DNA of 40,083 nt from a bacterium (GTDB lineage Bacteria > Pseudomonadota > Alphaproteobacteria > Rs-D84 > CACZYB01), in the NCBI GenBank assembly GCA_014803575.1, contig JAAVBO010000006.1:593-40675 (forward strand), written 5' to 3'. Below the pieces are notes generated by a model. The model did not search any database. It was not told the origin of the DNA and saw only the letters and a program-made list of their open reading frames with translations. Made by a program: the position numbers and the translations under genes. Positions 30,724 to 40,083 of the stretch are shown piece after piece; the first letter of the stretch is position 1, and every line of letters begins with the position of its first letter.

Positions 30724-31275
30724 TTATTTTGCTGATTTTTTAGCTTTTTTCTTTTCAAGTCTTGTTTGTTTTTCTTTTGCTTCAGACTTTGTTTTTTTAG
30801 CAGGAGTTTCTTCTTTTACAAGAGAAACAACAGAACCACCAACTTTTTCAATAGCTTCTTTTGCCTTTGCAGAGAAAGCAACAGCTTCTACCTTTACAGA
30901 TGATTTAAGTTCACCTTTACCTAAAACTTTCAAGCCATCTTTTGCATTTCTTATAATATTTAAAGATTTCAAAATTTCTGCATTAACTGTATCTTTGATA
31001 AGTTTTGCATCAATTAAAGATTGAATATCGCCAAGGTTAATAATTGCAAAATCCTTTGTAAATACAGAGTTGTTGAAACCGCGTTTTGGTAATCTTCTGT
31101 ATATAGGAGTTTGACCACCTTCGAATCCGATACCTTTAATAGAAACACCGGAACGAGATTTTTGTCCCTTGTATCCACGACCTGCAGTTTTTCCCTTACC
31201 TGAGCCAATACCACGACCAACTCTTGTTAAAGATTTTCTAGCACCTTTGTTATCTTTTATTGTATTTAGTTGCAT
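30724..31275 (-). CDS. rplO: 50S ribosomal protein L15 (Lys-rich tail)
   Basis: RVGRGIGSGKGKT, GFEGGQTP, RRLPKRGF. Confidence 0.98.
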   Translation of the reverse strand: MQLNTIKDNKGARKSLTRVGRGIGSGKGKTAGRGYKGQKSRSGVSIKGIGFEGGQTPIYRRLPKRGFNNSVFTKDFAIINLGDIQSLIDAKLIKDTVNAEILKSLNIIRNAKDGLKVLGKGELKSSVKVEAVAFSAKAKEAIEKVGGSVVSLVKEETPAKKTKSEAKEKQTRLEKKKAKKSAK

Positions 31276-31287
31276 TTTAATTTCCTA

Positions 31288-31479
31288 TTATTCTTCAATT
31301 ACTTTTACTAAATGTGATACTTTATTTATCATACCCCTTATTTCAGGAGTATCAAGTAAAACTTTTTCACGACCGATTTTGCCGAGTCCAAGTCCCTTTA
31401 ATGTATCGATTTGGGATTTTACTCTTCCAAAACTACTTGCAATTTGTTTTACTTTTATTGTTTTTTTTGTATTTGCCAT
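31288..31479 (-). CDS. rpmD: 50S ribosomal protein L30
   Basis: [23 protein letters not shown]. Confidence 0.97.
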   Translation of the reverse strand: MANTKKTIKVKQIASSFGRVKSQIDTLKGLGLGKIGREKVLLDTPEIRGMINKVSHLVKVIEE

Positions 31480-31493
31480 TTAATCCACCCTTA

Positions 31494-32069
31494 TTAACTT
31501 TCAGATTCCTCTGATACTTCTGTGTTAATATTGCCACCGACTTTTAAATCACGGCGACCAACAATTTCACCAATTTTCAATCCTCTTCTGTTTGCTACTA
31601 ATTTAGGAGAAGCAAGTTCTTCAAAAGCTTTGAAAGTAGCCTTTAACATATTATGAGGATTTGATGAACCTTGAGATTTAGAAACTATATCTTGAATTCC
31701 TAAAACTTCAAAAATTGCACGCATAGGGCCACCAGCAATGATACCGGTACCGGATTGAGCGGAACGAAGGATAACCTTACCTGAACCAAATCTTGCAATA
31801 ACGTCGTGATGGATAGTTCTTCCTTCCTTTAAAGGAACACGAATCATATTGCGTTTTGCCTGTTCAGTTGCCTTTCTTACTGCATCAGGAACTTCCTTTG
31901 CTTTACCAGTACCATATCCGATACGACCTTTACCGTCGCCGACAACAACAATAGCAGCAAGAGAGAAGTTTTTACCACCCTTTACAACCTTTGTTACACG
32001 ATTAACATGGATAAGTCTATCCATTAAACCATCATCTTTTTCTTTTATCTTTGTTTTAGGATTTACCAT
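31494..32069 (-). CDS. rpsE: 30S ribosomal protein S5
   Basis: [24 protein letters not shown]. Confidence 0.99.
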   Translation of the reverse strand: MVNPKTKIKEKDDGLMDRLIHVNRVTKVVKGGKNFSLAAIVVVGDGKGRIGYGTGKAKEVPDAVRKATEQAKRNMIRVPLKEGRTIHHDVIARFGSGKVILRSAQSGTGIIAGGPMRAIFEVLGIQDIVSKSQGSSNPHNMLKATFKAFEELASPKLVANRRGLKIGEIVGRRDLKVGGNINTEVSEESES

Positions 32070-32091
32070 TTTTATTTTTCCCTACATTTAA

Positions 32092-32451
32092 TTAAAAATT
32101 AAGTCCGCCTTTTCTTGCACCATCTGCCAATGCTTTTACTCTACCATGATAATAATATTCACCACGATCGAATACAACATCTTTTACATTTTTAGCAAGT
32201 GCAAGTTTAGCAATTGTTTCACCAACAGTTTCTGCTGCTTCTATATTCCAGGTTTTTGTACCCTTGAAATCTTTACTTTTTGTAGAAAAAGCACAAACTG
32301 TTTCACCTTTTATGTCATCAATAATTTGAGCATAAATATGGGTTGTTGAACGATAAACAGATAATCTTGGACGATTTTCCTTATTAGTTTCCTTAACATT
32401 CCATCTGTTTCTTTCTTTTCTTTTCAAAGATAATTTTGACAATCTATCCAT
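32092..32451 (-). CDS. rplR: 50S ribosomal protein L18
   Basis: [32 protein letters not shown]. Confidence 0.98.
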   Translation of the reverse strand: MDRLSKLSLKRKERNRWNVKETNKENRPRLSVYRSTTHIYAQIIDDIKGETVCAFSTKSKDFKGTKTWNIEAAETVGETIAKLALAKNVKDVVFDRGEYYYHGRVKALADGARKGGLNF

Positions 32452-32472
32452 TTTTTTAACCCTTTTTATTTA

Positions 32473-33009
32473 TTATTTCTTTTTACCTTCTTTTCTGCGT
32501 ACATATTCGTCTTTGTATTTTACACCCTTACCCTTATATGGTTCCGGAACACGATAAGCACGAATCTCAGAAGCTGTAAGACCAAGCAATTCCTTGTTTG
32601 CAGAAGTTAATTTAATTTCAGTAGGTGAAACGATTTCGGCTTTTACACCTTCTGGAAGATTATACTCAACATTATGAGAAAAACCAAGCACCAAATCCAA
32701 AGTTGAACCTTTTAATGCTGCTTTAAAACCAACACCTTTCAATTCAAGGGATTTAGAGAAACCAACACCTGCACCGATAACTGCATTATTGATAAGAGCA
32801 CGTGTTGTTCCCCACATTATGCGAGAATCTTTGTTTTCAGTATCCTTTGCAGATACGGTTATTTTGTTATCTTCAATCTTTACATCAACAAGAGGTGAAA
32901 GTTTAACAGATACTTCGCCAACCTTACCTTTTGCAATAAGAGATGAATCCTTTATTTCAACTGAAACACCTTCTATAATTTCTACTGGATGTTTTCCAAC
33001 TCTTGACAT
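32473..33009 (-). CDS. rplF: 50S ribosomal protein L6
   Basis: MSRVGK, GTTRAL, LGFSH, PEPYKGKG. Confidence 0.99.
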   Translation of the reverse strand: MSRVGKHPVEIIEGVSVEIKDSSLIAKGKVGEVSVKLSPLVDVKIEDNKITVSAKDTENKDSRIMWGTTRALINNAVIGAGVGFSKSLELKGVGFKAALKGSTLDLVLGFSHNVEYNLPEGVKAEIVSPTEIKLTSANKELLGLTASEIRAYRVPEPYKGKGVKYKDEYVRRKEGKKK

Positions 33010-33039
33010 TTTATTTTCCTTTTTTCATTCTTTTTATTA

Positions 33040-33438
33040 TTAGAATACATAGCACAAAAGTTCGCCACCAACATTTCTTTTTCTTGCTTCGTAATCTGCA
33101 AGAACACCTTGAGATGTTGAAAGTATAGCGATACCCAACCCGTTTTTAACCTTTGGAATATCTGTTGCTTTTGAATAAGAACGACGTCCCGGGGTTGAAA
33201 CTCTTTTTATTTCTTTGATTGCTCCAACACCTTCAAAATATTTAAGATCAATTCTTAATTCACGAACACCTGTTCTTATTTCAGAAGATTCAAAATCTTT
33301 TATAAAACCTTCGTTTTTAAGAACTTCTAAAACACCTTGTCTTAATAAAGAATCAGGGCATTTTACAGAAGCGAGTCCAGCATTTTGACCGTTTCTTATT
33401 CTTGTAATCATATCTCCAATTGTATCTGAAAAACTCAT
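33040..33438 (-). CDS. rpsH: 30S ribosomal protein S8
   Basis: DMITRIRN, STPGRR, GLGIAILSTSQG, GGE. Confidence 0.99.
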   Translation of the reverse strand: MSFSDTIGDMITRIRNGQNAGLASVKCPDSLLRQGVLEVLKNEGFIKDFESSEIRTGVRELRIDLKYFEGVGAIKEIKRVSTPGRRSYSKATDIPKVKNGLGIAILSTSQGVLADYEARKRNVGGELLCYVF

Positions 33439-33465
33439 TTTTTTACCTTTTCTTTATAGTTTTTA

Positions 33466-33771
33466 TTACCAACTTGACTTTCTTACACCTGGAAGTTTAC
33501 CCTCGTTTGCAAGTTCACGGATTGCAATACGGCTTAGGTCAAATTTTCTGTAATAACCTCTTGGGCGTCCGCTTAGAGCGCATCTATTTCTAACACGAAC
33601 CGGTGAAGAATTTCTTGGAAGTTTTGCAAGTTTAAGAGCCGCTTCGAAAATATCTTCCGGTTTAGCATTTCTATTTCTTGCAACATCAAGAAGTTTTTGT
33701 CTTTTTGAAGACAAACTTTTTGACATTCTTATTCTTTTTTTGTTTCTTTCAATTAAACTTACTTTTGACAT
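33466..33771 (-). CDS. rpsN: 30S ribosomal protein S14 (long, Zn-independent type)
   Basis: [27 protein letters not shown]. Confidence 0.98.
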   Translation of the reverse strand: MSKVSLIERNKKRIRMSKSLSSKRQKLLDVARNRNAKPEDIFEAALKLAKLPRNSSPVRVRNRCALSGRPRGYYRKFDLSRIAIRELANEGKLPGVRKSSW

Positions 33772-33786
33772 TATGTAATATCCTTT

Positions 33787-34329
33787 CTAATTATAAAATG
33801 GGAAGTTAAAAGCAGCAAGTAATGCTTTTGCATCCTTATCATTTTTTGCGGTTGTACATACTATAATATCCATACCACGGATATTATCAATTTTATCAAA
33901 ATCGATTTCAGGAAAAATTATTTGTTCTTTAATACCGAAAGCGTAGTTTCCCTTTCCATCAAAACTTTTACCGTTAAGACCACGGAAGTCGCGGATTCTT
34001 GGCATTGCAACATTTATAAGTCTGTCTAAGAAATCATACATTCTGTCTTTTCTTAAAGTAACTTTGCAACCGATTTGCATACCTTCTTTAAGTTTGAAGT
34101 TAGCAAGAGATTTTTTTGCCTTTGTCACAACAACTTTTTGACCTGCTATTGCAGTCATATCTTTTATAGCTGCTTCAAGTTTTTTCTTATCTGTTGCTGC
34201 TTCACCAACACCCATATTAAGCACGATTTTTTCAAGCTTTGGGATTTCCATTTCATTTTTAAAACCGAGTTGTTGTTTTAATTCGGCTCTTATTTTATTA
34301 TCATATAATTCTTTTAATCTACTTGCCAT
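33787..34329 (-). CDS. rplE: 50S ribosomal protein L5
   Basis: [26 protein letters not shown]. Confidence 0.99.
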   Translation of the reverse strand: MASRLKELYDNKIRAELKQQLGFKNEMEIPKLEKIVLNMGVGEAATDKKKLEAAIKDMTAIAGQKVVVTKAKKSLANFKLKEGMQIGCKVTLRKDRMYDFLDRLINVAMPRIRDFRGLNGKSFDGKGNYAFGIKEQIIFPEIDFDKIDNIRGMDIIVCTTAKNDKDAKALLAAFNFPFYN

Positions 34330-34346
34330 TTTTTTAACCTTTTAGT

Positions 34347-34664
34347 TTATATAGTTTCACCACTTTTTTTTGCAAATCTTACTTTTTTACCATCTTTTGT
34401 TGTTTTAAAACCAACTTTTGTAGGTTTTCCAGATTTTGGATCAACAAGAGATACATTTGAAACATCTATTGGTAAATTTTTTGTAACGATACCGGCTTTG
34501 TTGCCCATTGCATCAGCCTTTTGATGACGTTTAACAGTATTTACACCTGTTACAACGACTTTGTTTTCCCTTGGCATAGCCTTAACAACTTTACCGGTTT
34601 TACCTTTATCTTTACCAGCTATAACGATAACATCATCATTTTTTTTAATTTTCATTTTAGCCAT
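34347..34664 (-). CDS. rplX: 50S ribosomal protein L24
   Basis: KOW motif [18 protein letters not shown]. Confidence 0.98.
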   Translation of the reverse strand: MAKMKIKKNDDVIVIAGKDKGKTGKVVKAMPRENKVVVTGVNTVKRHQKADAMGNKAGIVTKNLPIDVSNVSLVDPKSGKPTKVGFKTTKDGKKVRFAKKSGETI

Positions 34665-34679
34665 AATAACACTCCTTAT

Positions 34680-35048
34680 TTATAATACTTCCGGTGCAAG
34701 AGAAAGAATTTTCATAAAATCTTTTGCACGTAATTCACGAGCTACTGGGCCAAAGATACGGGTTCCAATAGGTTCTTTGTTAGTATTTATAAGAACAGCG
34801 GCATTAGAATCAAATCTGATAACACTACCATCCGGTCTTTTAATATCTTTTTTAGTTCTTACGATAACAGCCTTGTAAACTTTACCCTTTTGAACTTTAC
34901 CCTTTGGCATTGCTTCTTTTACGGAAACAACGATAATATCACCAACGCTTGCAGTTCTGATGTGAGAGCCACCAAGCACTTTAATACATTGGACTTTTTT
35001 TGCTCCACTGTTGTCTGCTGCGTCAAGAATAGATTGCATTTGTATCAT
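34680..35048 (-). CDS. rplN: 50S ribosomal protein L14
   Basis: [33 protein letters not shown]. Confidence 0.99.
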   Translation of the reverse strand: MIQMQSILDAADNSGAKKVQCIKVLGGSHIRTASVGDIIVVSVKEAMPKGKVQKGKVYKAVIVRTKKDIKRPDGSVIRFDSNAAVLINTNKEPIGTRIFGPVARELRAKDFMKILSLAPEVL

Positions 35049-35071
35049 TTTTTAATTCCTTACACCTTATA

Positions 35072-35311
35072 TTATTTATTTCCTTCTGTGAAAACTTCCC
35101 AAGTTTTAGTTTTTGACATAGGTTTTGTTTCACGGATTTTTACTGTATCACCCTCTTTGATAGAAGAATCAACGTTATGAGCGTGATATTTTTTTGTTGT
35201 TCTTATAAACTTTTTGTATAGAGGATGCATATATCTTCTTTCAACCTCTACTACGATGGTTTTATCCATTTTAGTACTTACTACATTTCCTTCAAGTATT
35301 CTTCTTGGCAT
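35072..35311 (-). CDS. rpsQ: 30S ribosomal protein S17
   Basis: [25 protein letters not shown]. Confidence 0.98.
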   Translation of the reverse strand: MPRRILEGNVVSTKMDKTIVVEVERRYMHPLYKKFIRTTKKYHAHNVDSSIKEGDTVKIRETKPMSKTKTWEVFTEGNK

Positions 35312-35323
35312 AATTTCACCCTC

Positions 35324-35539
35324 TTACTTTTTAGTTTTAACTTCAACATTATTGGTTAAGAAACCCTTTAATGTTGCGATTGCTTTTTTAGTTTTTTTCA
35401 ATGCTGATGAATCTTTTAAATTACCTGTATTATGAGAAAATCTTAGGTTCATCAATTCCTTTTTCAAATCTAAAATTTTAGATGAAATTTCTTCTTTGGA
35501 AGCAGTTTTTAATTTTAAAATATCTTTTGTATCTTTCAT
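35324..35539 (-). CDS. rpmC: 50S ribosomal protein L29
   Basis: LKKELMNLRF; position between rplP and rpsQ. Confidence 0.95.
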   Translation of the reverse strand: MKDTKDILKLKTASKEEISSKILDLKKELMNLRFSHNTGNLKDSSALKKTKKAIATLKGFLTNNVEVKTKK

Positions 35540-35549
35540 AATTTCACCT

Positions 35550-35966
35550 TTATTCTACTTCTTTTCTGGTTACAAATTTTGTTTTCACAGGTAGTTTGAA
35601 AGCAGCAAGTGTTAATGCTTCTCTTGCGAGTTCTTCTGAAACACCGTCAAGTTCAAACATTATACGACCCGGTTTTACACGACATACCCAGTATTCAACA
35701 GCACCCTTTCCTTTACCCATACGGACTTCAGCAGGTTTTTTAGAAACTGGAACGTCTGGGAATATTCTAATCCAAACACGACCTTGACGTTTCATAGCTC
35801 TTGTCATTGCACGACGAGCAGCTTCGATTTGTCTTGCAGTAACACGTTCAGGGGTTAGAGCTTTTAAGCCGTATGAACCGAAATCAAGTTCGGTTGCACC
35901 CTTTGATTCACCGTGGATTCTTCCTTTATGTGCTTTTTTAAATTTTGTTTTTTTAGGCATTAACAT
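35550..35966 (-). CDS. rplP: 50S ribosomal protein L16
   Basis: [24 protein letters not shown]. Confidence 0.99.
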   Translation of the reverse strand: MLMPKKTKFKKAHKGRIHGESKGATELDFGSYGLKALTPERVTARQIEAARRAMTRAMKRQGRVWIRIFPDVPVSKKPAEVRMGKGKGAVEYWVCRVKPGRIMFELDGVSEELAREALTLAAFKLPVKTKFVTRKEVE

Positions 35967-35992
35967 TTTAGTTCTTCCTTTACATTTTACAA

Positions 35993-36682
35993 CTAGTTAG
36001 CAGCAACTTTATCTGTTGCAGTTGCACTTATTTTTCTATCTGATGCGAGAAGTTCTTTGTTTACAACATCCCCCTTGTAAATCCAAACTCTTACACCAAT
36101 TACACCATAAGTAGTTTCAGCTCTTGCGTATCCATAATCGATATTTGCTCTTAATGTATGAAGAGGAACGCGACCTTCACGATACCATTCTTCACGAGCA
36201 ATTTCAGCACCATTAAGACGACCAGAGCAACTTACTCTTATACCTTTTGCACCACTACGCAATGCATTTTGAACAGCCTTTTTCATTGCTTTTTTGAAAG
36301 AAATACGTCTTTCAATTTGTGTTGCAATAGATTTTGCACAAATAACTGCGTCAACATCAGGTTTTCTTACTTCCATAATATTAACAGAAACTTCTGTTTT
36401 TGCAAGCTTTGTTAATGCTTTTTTCAAATTATCTATATCAGCACCTTTTTTACCGATAATCATACCAGGTTGAGAAGAGAAGATAATAACATTAACTTTT
36501 TTAGCAACTCTTTCAATTATAACCTTGCTGATGCTTGCTTTTTTAAGTTCACGTTCAACATATTCACGAATTTTTAAATCTTCAAGAAGTTGAGCAGAAT
36601 AGTTTTTATCAGCAAACCATCTTGAATCCCAAGTTTTATTTACAGTTAATCTTAAACCTACTGGATTTACCTTTTGTCCCAT
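35993..36682 (-). CDS. rpsC: 30S ribosomal protein S3
   Basis: [41 protein letters not shown]. Confidence 0.99.
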   Translation of the reverse strand: MGQKVNPVGLRLTVNKTWDSRWFADKNYSAQLLEDLKIREYVERELKKASISKVIIERVAKKVNVIIFSSQPGMIIGKKGADIDNLKKALTKLAKTEVSVNIMEVRKPDVDAVICAKSIATQIERRISFKKAMKKAVQNALRSGAKGIRVSCSGRLNGAEIAREEWYREGRVPLHTLRANIDYGYARAETTYGVIGVRVWIYKGDVVNKELLASDRKISATATDKVAAN

Positions 36683-37105
36683 TTATTTTGCCTCTTTTTT
36701 TGTCTTATTAGGTTTTGTTTTCTTTTCAGCCTTTGCAGGTGCAACACGTTCTGCAACAATAACTGTCATATTTGAGAAAGGTTTTAAAATAGCAGCACCA
36801 CGACCACGAGCGCGAGCATGGAAACGTTTCATTACAAGAGCCTTTCCAACGTATGCTTCTTTGATGAATAATTTATCAACATCAAGTTTATAGTTATTTT
36901 CAGCATTGCTTATTGCTGATAGAACAAGTTTTTTAACTTCAACTGCGACTCTTTTTTTAGAGAATGTTAGTTGTTCGATTGCTTTGTTAGCAGAAAGACC
37001 GCGAATCGATTCAGCCACAAGGTTTAATTTTTGTGGTGAACATTTTACCATTCTTAAAAATGCTCTTGCTTCGTTTTCCTTTATTCCATATCTTTTTTCA
37101 ACCAT
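36683..37105 (-). CDS. rplV: 50S ribosomal protein L22
   Basis: [28 protein letters not shown]. Confidence 0.98.
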   Translation of the reverse strand: MVEKRYGIKENEARAFLRMVKCSPQKLNLVAESIRGLSANKAIEQLTFSKKRVAVEVKKLVLSAISNAENNYKLDVDKLFIKEAYVGKALVMKRFHARARGRGAAILKPFSNMTVIVAERVAPAKAEKKTKPNKTKKEAK

Positions 37106-37116
37106 TTTTTAACCTC

Positions 37117-37398
37117 TTATTTTCCAGCCTTTTTATCAGCATCTTTTTTATGACCTTTATATGTTCTGGTCAAAGAAAATTCACCAAGTTTATGACCAAT
37201 CATTTCTTCTGATACAAGAACAGGAACAAATTTATTTCCGTTATGAACAGCGAAAGTAAGACCAACCATTTGAGGTAGGATTGTTGAAGATCTTGACCAA
37301 GTTTTTATTGGTTTTCTGTCATTTTTTTCATTTGCCAATTCTACTTTTTTAAGTAGAGAAGGATGTATATATGGGCCTTTCCAAACAGATCTTGTCAT
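37117..37398 (-). CDS. rpsS: 30S ribosomal protein S19
   Basis: RSVWKGP, KTWSRSS, GHKLGEF. Confidence 0.99.
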   Translation of the reverse strand: MTRSVWKGPYIHPSLLKKVELANEKNDRKPIKTWSRSSTILPQMVGLTFAVHNGNKFVPVLVSEEMIGHKLGEFSLTRTYKGHKKDADKKAGK

Positions 37399-37410
37399 TT
37401 TTAATTATCC

Positions 37411-38244
37411 TTATTTCTTTTTATTTAAATGTCTACTTTTTAAAATAAATTTATCTGTAAATTTATTCTTTCTTGTTCTATAACCCTTTGCTGGAACACC
37501 AGTAGGTGAAACTGGATGTTTACCGAAGTTTCTACCTTCACCACCACCATGAGGGTGATCAACTGGGTTCATGGCAGTACCACGAACGTGTGGACGGCGA
37601 CCTAACCAAGAATTTCTTCCTGCTTTACCAAGGTTTACATTTCTTTGATCTGGGTTTGAAATCGCACCGATACTTGCATAACATTCCGCACTTACAAGTC
37701 TTAATTCACCAGAGTTAAGTTTAATTTGTGCGAATCCAGCATCTTTACCAGCAAGTTGAGCATAACAACCAGCAGAACGAGCAAGTTGACCGCCACGACC
37801 AGCTTTTAATTCAACATTGTGAATGATTGTACCCATTGGGATATTTTTCAATGGAAGAGCGTTTCCTACTTGGATATCAACATTTTCACCAGCAATAACT
37901 TTGGAGCCAACTGCTAATCTTTGTGGTGCCAAAATATAAGCTTTTTCGCCATCTTCATATGTGATAAGAGCGATGAAAGCAGTTCTGTTTGGATCGTATT
38001 CGATTCTATCAACAGTTGCGAACATATCTCTTTTTTGACGTTTAAAATCGATAAATCTATATCTTTGTTTATGTCCACCACCCATATTACGGTTTGTTTG
38101 GTGTCCAAGATTATTTCTTCCGCCAGTTTTTCTTTTACCTTCTGTTAATTTCTTAAAAGGTTTTCCTTTGTATAACTCACTTTTATCAACCAAAGTTAAT
38201 TGTCTTTGGGAAGGAGTTGTTGGATTAAATAATTTCAAAGCCAT
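37411..38244 (-). CDS. rplB: 50S ribosomal protein L2
   Basis: [24 protein letters not shown]. Confidence 0.99.
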   Translation of the reverse strand: MALKLFNPTTPSQRQLTLVDKSELYKGKPFKKLTEGKRKTGGRNNLGHQTNRNMGGGHKQRYRFIDFKRQKRDMFATVDRIEYDPNRTAFIALITYEDGEKAYILAPQRLAVGSKVIAGENVDIQVGNALPLKNIPMGTIIHNVELKAGRGGQLARSAGCYAQLAGKDAGFAQIKLNSGELRLVSAECYASIGAISNPDQRNVNLGKAGRNSWLGRRPHVRGTAMNPVDHPHGGGEGRNFGKHPVSPTGVPAKGYRTRKNKFTDKFILKSRHLNKKK

Positions 38245-38258
38245 TTTTTCTTATCCCT

Positions 38259-38579
38259 TTATTTTGCACCAGCCATAATATCAATATTATGACCATCTTC
38301 TAATGTTACATAAGCCTTTTTTACACTGCTTGTTGAACCCAAAATACCCTTAAATCTTTTGTTTTTACCAGGTTTTACAGTGATATTTACGGATTTAACA
38401 ACAACATTATAAACTTTTTCAACAGCATTTTTAATGTCAGTTTTTGTTGCATCCGGACGAACAGCAAAAACTATTTTACCTTGTTCAGCAACCAATGTTG
38501 TTTTTTCTGTAATGATAGGTTTTAAAAGTATATCATACATTTTTTCGTTTAACTTTATGTCTTTTTTCTTTTCTACCAT
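38259..38579 (-). CDS. rplW: 50S ribosomal protein L23
   Basis: PIITEK, ATKTDIKNAVE, KKAYVTL. Confidence 0.98.
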   Translation of the reverse strand: MVEKKKDIKLNEKMYDILLKPIITEKTTLVAEQGKIVFAVRPDATKTDIKNAVEKVYNVVVKSVNITVKPGKNKRFKGILGSTSSVKKAYVTLEDGHNIDIMAGAK

Positions 38580-38589
38580 TTTAGTTCCT

Positions 38590-39213
38590 TTACTTTACAA
38601 ATCTTTTTGTTAAAGCATCAACAGCATCTTTTGTAAGTACAAGTGTTTCATGATTTAAAATATCATAAACATTTGCGCCACAAGATGGAAGAGCATCAAC
38701 TTTGATTAGATTTTTACAAGCAAGTGCAAAATTTGTATCAACATTTTCACCAGCTATAAATAATACTTTTTTCCAACCAAAAGCGTCAAGTTTAGCTTTT
38801 AATTCCTTTGTTTTTGGAGAAGATAATTTTTCTGTATCAATAACTACCAATTTTTTATCAGCAAGTTTTGATGACAAAGCCATTTTCAAGCCCAAAGCTC
38901 TTACTTTTTTAAGTAAAGAGAAACTATGATCACGAACAACTGGACCAAAGATTGTAGCACCACCACGCATTTGAGGTGAACGAAGAGATCCTTGTCTTGC
39001 ACGACCGGTTCCCTTTTGTGCGAATGGTTTTTTGGTTGTTCCACTGATTTCTGAAATAACTTTTGTTGAGTGGGTTCCTGCTCTTCTTTTTGCAAGTTGC
39101 CAATTTACAACACGAGATAATATATCACCTCTTGGAGCGATTTCAAAAATATCTTTTGAAAGTTCAATTGAACCTTGCACTTTATTATCTAATGATAAAA
39201 CATCTACTTTCAT
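38590..39213 (-). CDS. rplD: 50S ribosomal protein L4
   Basis: RRAGTH, QKGTGRARQG, RGGATIFGP. Confidence 0.99.
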   Translation of the reverse strand: MKVDVLSLDNKVQGSIELSKDIFEIAPRGDILSRVVNWQLAKRRAGTHSTKVISEISGTTKKPFAQKGTGRARQGSLRSPQMRGGATIFGPVVRDHSFSLLKKVRALGLKMALSSKLADKKLVVIDTEKLSSPKTKELKAKLDAFGWKKVLFIAGENVDTNFALACKNLIKVDALPSCGANVYDILNHETLVLTKDAVDALTKRFVK

Positions 39214-39216
39214 TTT

Positions 39217-39969
39217 TTACTCCTTAATCTCTGATATATTATCAGTACTTTCTTCTGCTTTAGCTTCTGCTGGAGCATCTGCATTCACTGAAGGTTTTGA
39301 TGATTTTACAACTGCTGGAATTGGAGCTTCTGCCGGTAATTTTGATTTTACAGCATCAGAAACATATACAACAGAGCCAGTTGCACCAGGAACAGCGCCA
39401 CGAACTAAGATATATCCTTCATCATCATTTGCTTCTACAACAAGAAGGTTTTGAATTGTTACATTTTCATCACCAAGATGTCCAGGCATTTTTTTACCTT
39501 TGAAAACTTTACCAGGGTCTTGGTTTTGACCGGTACCACCGACAGAACGGTGAGAAACAGAAACTCCGTGAGTTGCTTCCAATCCACGAAAATTCCATCT
39601 TTTCATACCGCCGGCATAACCTTTACCGATAGATTTTCCAGAAACATCAACATATTGACCTTTTATAAAAGTTGAAGGAAGAACAACATCCCCAACATTT
39701 AAAAGACAATCTTCACTTACACGAAATTCGTGAATAGTTTTTGGTGTTGCACCAGATTTTTTAAGATGTCCCTTTAAAGGTTTTGAAATTTTGTTTTCTT
39801 TTGCAATACCTGCACCAAGCTGAACAGATGTATATCCATTTTTTGCAACAGTTTTAACATCGGTAACAACGCAATTATCAACCTTTAAAACAGTTACTGG
39901 AACATGTTTATTATTTTCATCAAATATGTGGGTCATACCCATTTTATATGCAATTACGCCAGTTCTCAT
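39217..39969 (-). CDS. rplC: 50S ribosomal protein L3
   Basis: KMGMT, PVTV, GKGYAGGMKRW, THGVS, PGKVFKGKKMPG. Confidence 0.99.
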   Translation of the reverse strand: MRTGVIAYKMGMTHIFDENNKHVPVTVLKVDNCVVTDVKTVAKNGYTSVQLGAGIAKENKISKPLKGHLKKSGATPKTIHEFRVSEDCLLNVGDVVLPSTFIKGQYVDVSGKSIGKGYAGGMKRWNFRGLEATHGVSVSHRSVGGTGQNQDPGKVFKGKKMPGHLGDENVTIQNLLVVEANDDEGYILVRGAVPGATGSVVYVSDAVKSKLPAEAPIPAVVKSSKPSVNADAPAEAKAEESTDNISEIKE

Positions 39970-39978
39970 GATACCACC

Positions 39979-40083
39979 TTATAATTCCACTTTCACATCA
40001 ACACCAACAGACAAGTTAAGATTCATCAAAGCATCTACTGTTTGTGGAGTTGGATTTATAATATCCAAAACTCTTTTATGAGT
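39979..40083 (-). CDS. rpsJ: 30S ribosomal protein S10, C-terminal 34 aa (5' part outside the window)
   Basis: Hand translation [34 protein letters not shown], directly upstream of rplC. Confidence 0.97.
   Translation of the reverse strand, partial: THKRVLDIINPTPQTVDALMNLNLSVGVDVKVEL

Noticed and set aside
13590-39675. Many 60-175 aa ORFs antisense or out of frame to cysS, valS, pyrG and ribosomal protein genes
   Set aside because: They lie largely or wholly within well-supported genes and have no recognisable motifs; they are shadow ORFs.
18946-40083. Alternative genetic code in an AT-rich genome
   Set aside because: Conserved genes translate full length in code 11. TGA terminates valS at the expected position, and the spot-checked AGG and CGA codons fall at conserved Arg positions (IRYKRM, SRQL).

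Overview
AT-rich bacterial chromosome segment, almost certainly from a divergent, long-branch Alphaproteobacterium. This assignment is inference from the alpha-type ribosomal protein and RpoA sequences, the adk-rpsM-rpsK-rpoA-rplQ order without rpsD/infA/rpmJ, the 16S-tRNA-Ile-tRNA-Ala-23S-5S operon and an alpha-specific HTH family. The right third is the S10-spc-alpha ribosomal protein superoperon on the minus strand (partial rpsJ to rplQ), followed by pyrG. The window also holds a complete rRNA operon (minus strand, ~5.8-10.8 kb), three aminoacyl-tRNA synthetases (class I lysS, cysS, valS), and TspO, two SIMPL/DUF541 proteins, a phosphoethanolamine transferase, a Nudix hydrolase, an MGMT-family protein and a MORN-type lipoprotein. 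Orphans are interleaved: a repeat-containing lipoprotein truncated at the left edge (absent from the ORF track), two tandem paralog pairs, a 325-aa protein with HopA1/lyase-like motifs, and a small membrane protein inserted between rpoA and rplQ. No CRISPR array, transposase, integrase or prophage is visible, and no complete novel multi-gene system can be supported. The strongest directly visible oddity is a compensatory U1404-A1497 swap in the 16S decoding centre that also mismatches the 1391R/1392R and 1492R primers. The LysRS and CysRS look non-alphaproteobacterial, and five GAATC sites cluster upstream of the rRNA promoters.
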